Positions 63,021 to 64,000 of a stretch of 64,000 nucleotides of DNA are shown here, piece after piece. The notes under the pieces were generated by a model. The model saw only the letters and a list, made by a program, of their open reading frames with translations, was not told where the DNA came from and did no database searches. The DNA is from a virus: positions 1,579-65,578 of IMG/VR virus record IMGVR_UViG_3300032397_000002; one strand, 5' to 3'. Made by a program: the position numbers and the translations under genes. Position 1 is the stretch's first letter. Every line of letters begins with the position of its first letter.

Positions 63021-63093
63021 CCAAGCCTGGCGTAGCTGGTGTGCGCGCTCGTCTGAAAAGCGAGAGGATCCGGTTCGATTCCGGGGGCTTGGA
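63021..63093 (+). tRNA. tRNA-Phe(GAA)
   Basis: CTCGT-CTGAAAA-GCGAG. Confidence 0.88.
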
Positions 63094-63100
63094 CTGTTTT

Positions 63101-63175
63101 CTAGGTGTAGCGAAGCCTGGTTATCGCGCTCGGCCCGGACCCGAGAGACCGCAGGTTCAAATCCTGCCACCTAGA
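63101..63175 (+). tRNA. tRNA-Pro(CGG)
   Basis: CTCGG-CCCGGAC-CCGAG; C1-G72, A73. Confidence 0.85.
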
Positions 63176-63181
63176 CTGTAG

Positions 63182-63255
63182 CCTCAGGTACCCCAATTGG
63201 TAGAGGGGTTCGGTCGAGAGCCGAAATGTTGCGGGTTCGAGTCCCGCTCTGAGGA
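63182..63255 (+). tRNA. tRNA-Leu(GAG), short variable arm
   Basis: TTCGG-TCGAGAG-CCGAA. Confidence 0.78.
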
Positions 63256-63260
63256 TGTAG

Positions 63261-63334
63261 GCCTGTCTAGCTCAATTGGTAGAAGCCGGCGTCTCAAAAG
63301 CGCCTCAGTCCGGGTTCGAATCCCGGGGCAGGCA
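63261..63334 (+). tRNA. tRNA-Leu(CAA), short variable arm
   Basis: GGCGT-CTCAAAA-GCGCC. Confidence 0.85.
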
Positions 63335-63338
63335 TGTT

Positions 63339-63412
63339 GCCCTTGTAGGCGAACTGGTATAGCCACCGGTCTCAGAAGCCGGTTCTTGTGGGTTCGAGTC
63401 CCACCGAGGGTA
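63339..63412 (+). tRNA. tRNA-Leu(CAG), short variable arm
   Basis: CCGGT-CTCAGAA-GCCGG. Confidence 0.85.
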
Positions 63413-63415
63413 CAT

Positions 63416-63498
63416 GGAGAGGGACTGCGTGTGGACGCAGACTGGTCTCGAAAACCAGCGCTCGAAAGGGCAATAGGGTTCGACTCCCTACCTCTCCG
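63416..63498 (+). tRNA. tRNA-Ser(CGA)
   Basis: CTGGT-CTCGAAA-ACCAG, long variable arm, G73. Confidence 0.85.
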
Positions 63499-63502
63499 CT
63501 TT

Positions 63503-63587
63503 GGAAGATGACCTCGCGGTGGCGTGAGGGCCGGCTGCTACCCGGCTGACCCCTTCGGGGGTCAAGGTTCGACTCCTTCTTCTTCCG
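63503..63587 (+). tRNA. tRNA-Ser(GCT)
   Basis: GCCGG-CTGCTAC-CCGGC, long variable arm, G73. Confidence 0.82.
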
Positions 63588-63623
63588 CTTTGACAGCGCC
63601 GGCGTTCGTGGTAGAGTCTCACC

Positions 63624-63935
63624 ATGGACCCAAGCTTGAATCCCAACATGATTTCCGCCGAGGAGCTTCAGCGCCAGCTCCGACGTGTGACCTACGCCCA
63701 CTACCAGAAGCCGCTCAAGTGCGTTGAGTGCGGCAAGCGTCTTCAGGAGGAGAAGCCGCGAGCTGGATGTCGCATCTTCCGTCGATGCTGCATTGGGGAC
63801 CTTGACACCCTCTTCATCGCCTGGAAGAACCCCAAGGAAGCTGCCGAGCTGGAGGAGGCTTTCTCAGGGAAGCTTGGCACCACCAATGAGTTGAACTTCA
63901 TCAACCGATACGCAGAGGTGGACAATGATGAATGA
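63624..63935 (+). CDS. Hypothetical protein
   Basis: Promoter TTGACA-N16-TAGAGT (63590-63617) lies 6 nt before ATG. Confidence 0.6.
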   Translation: MDPSLNPNMISAEELQRQLRRVTYAHYQKPLKCVECGKRLQEEKPRAGCRIFRRCCIGDLDTLFIAWKNPKEAAELEEAFSGKLGTTNELNFINRYAEVDNDE

Positions 63936-64000
63936 ACTGAAGGGTCTCGGAGGCATGAGCTTCGACCAAATCATCCACGAGATTGCCAAGGAGGGCGAGT

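Noticed and set aside
63503-63587. selC (tRNA-Sec) or suppressor tRNA
   Set aside because: Anticodon is GCT, not TCA; no CTA, TTA or TCA anticodons in the cluster
1-64000. Stop-codon reassignment
   Set aside because: Core genes are intact in code 11 and end with TAA, TAG and TGA

Overview
This window is part of a large lytic-type tailed phage genome (about 60% GC). The head module (TerL, portal, prohead protease, scaffold, major capsid protein) resembles SPO1/Twort-like myoviruses. Several envelope genes (MopE-repeat/VWA lipoprotein, DAG-repeat lipoprotein, cytochrome c) suggest a myxobacterial or related deltaproteobacterial host; this is inference. Positions 1-28.3 kb are a minus-strand replication and metabolism arm: RNA ligase, CYTH, aminotransferase, ClpP, DnaB, primase, RecA, SSB, DnaE, dUTPase, class II RNR, Endo VII, SbcC and GroEL. 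A repeat-rich strand switch lies at about 28.3-28.6 kb. It is followed by plus-strand helicase, sigma factor, GroES, SbcD, packaging and head genes, interrupted by antisense islands of small, apparently leaderless early genes. The window ends with accessory genes and eight tRNAs. The best candidate for a new system is a capsid-loaded effector module. The prohead protease is fused to an HhH-GPD-like domain and a HipA/PI3K-like kinase, it sits next to a GGDEF protein with altered specificity residues, and these proteins share [LMVI]xK|[SA] putative maturation sites with portal, scaffold and MCP. All annotation is by motif recognition; no searches were run.
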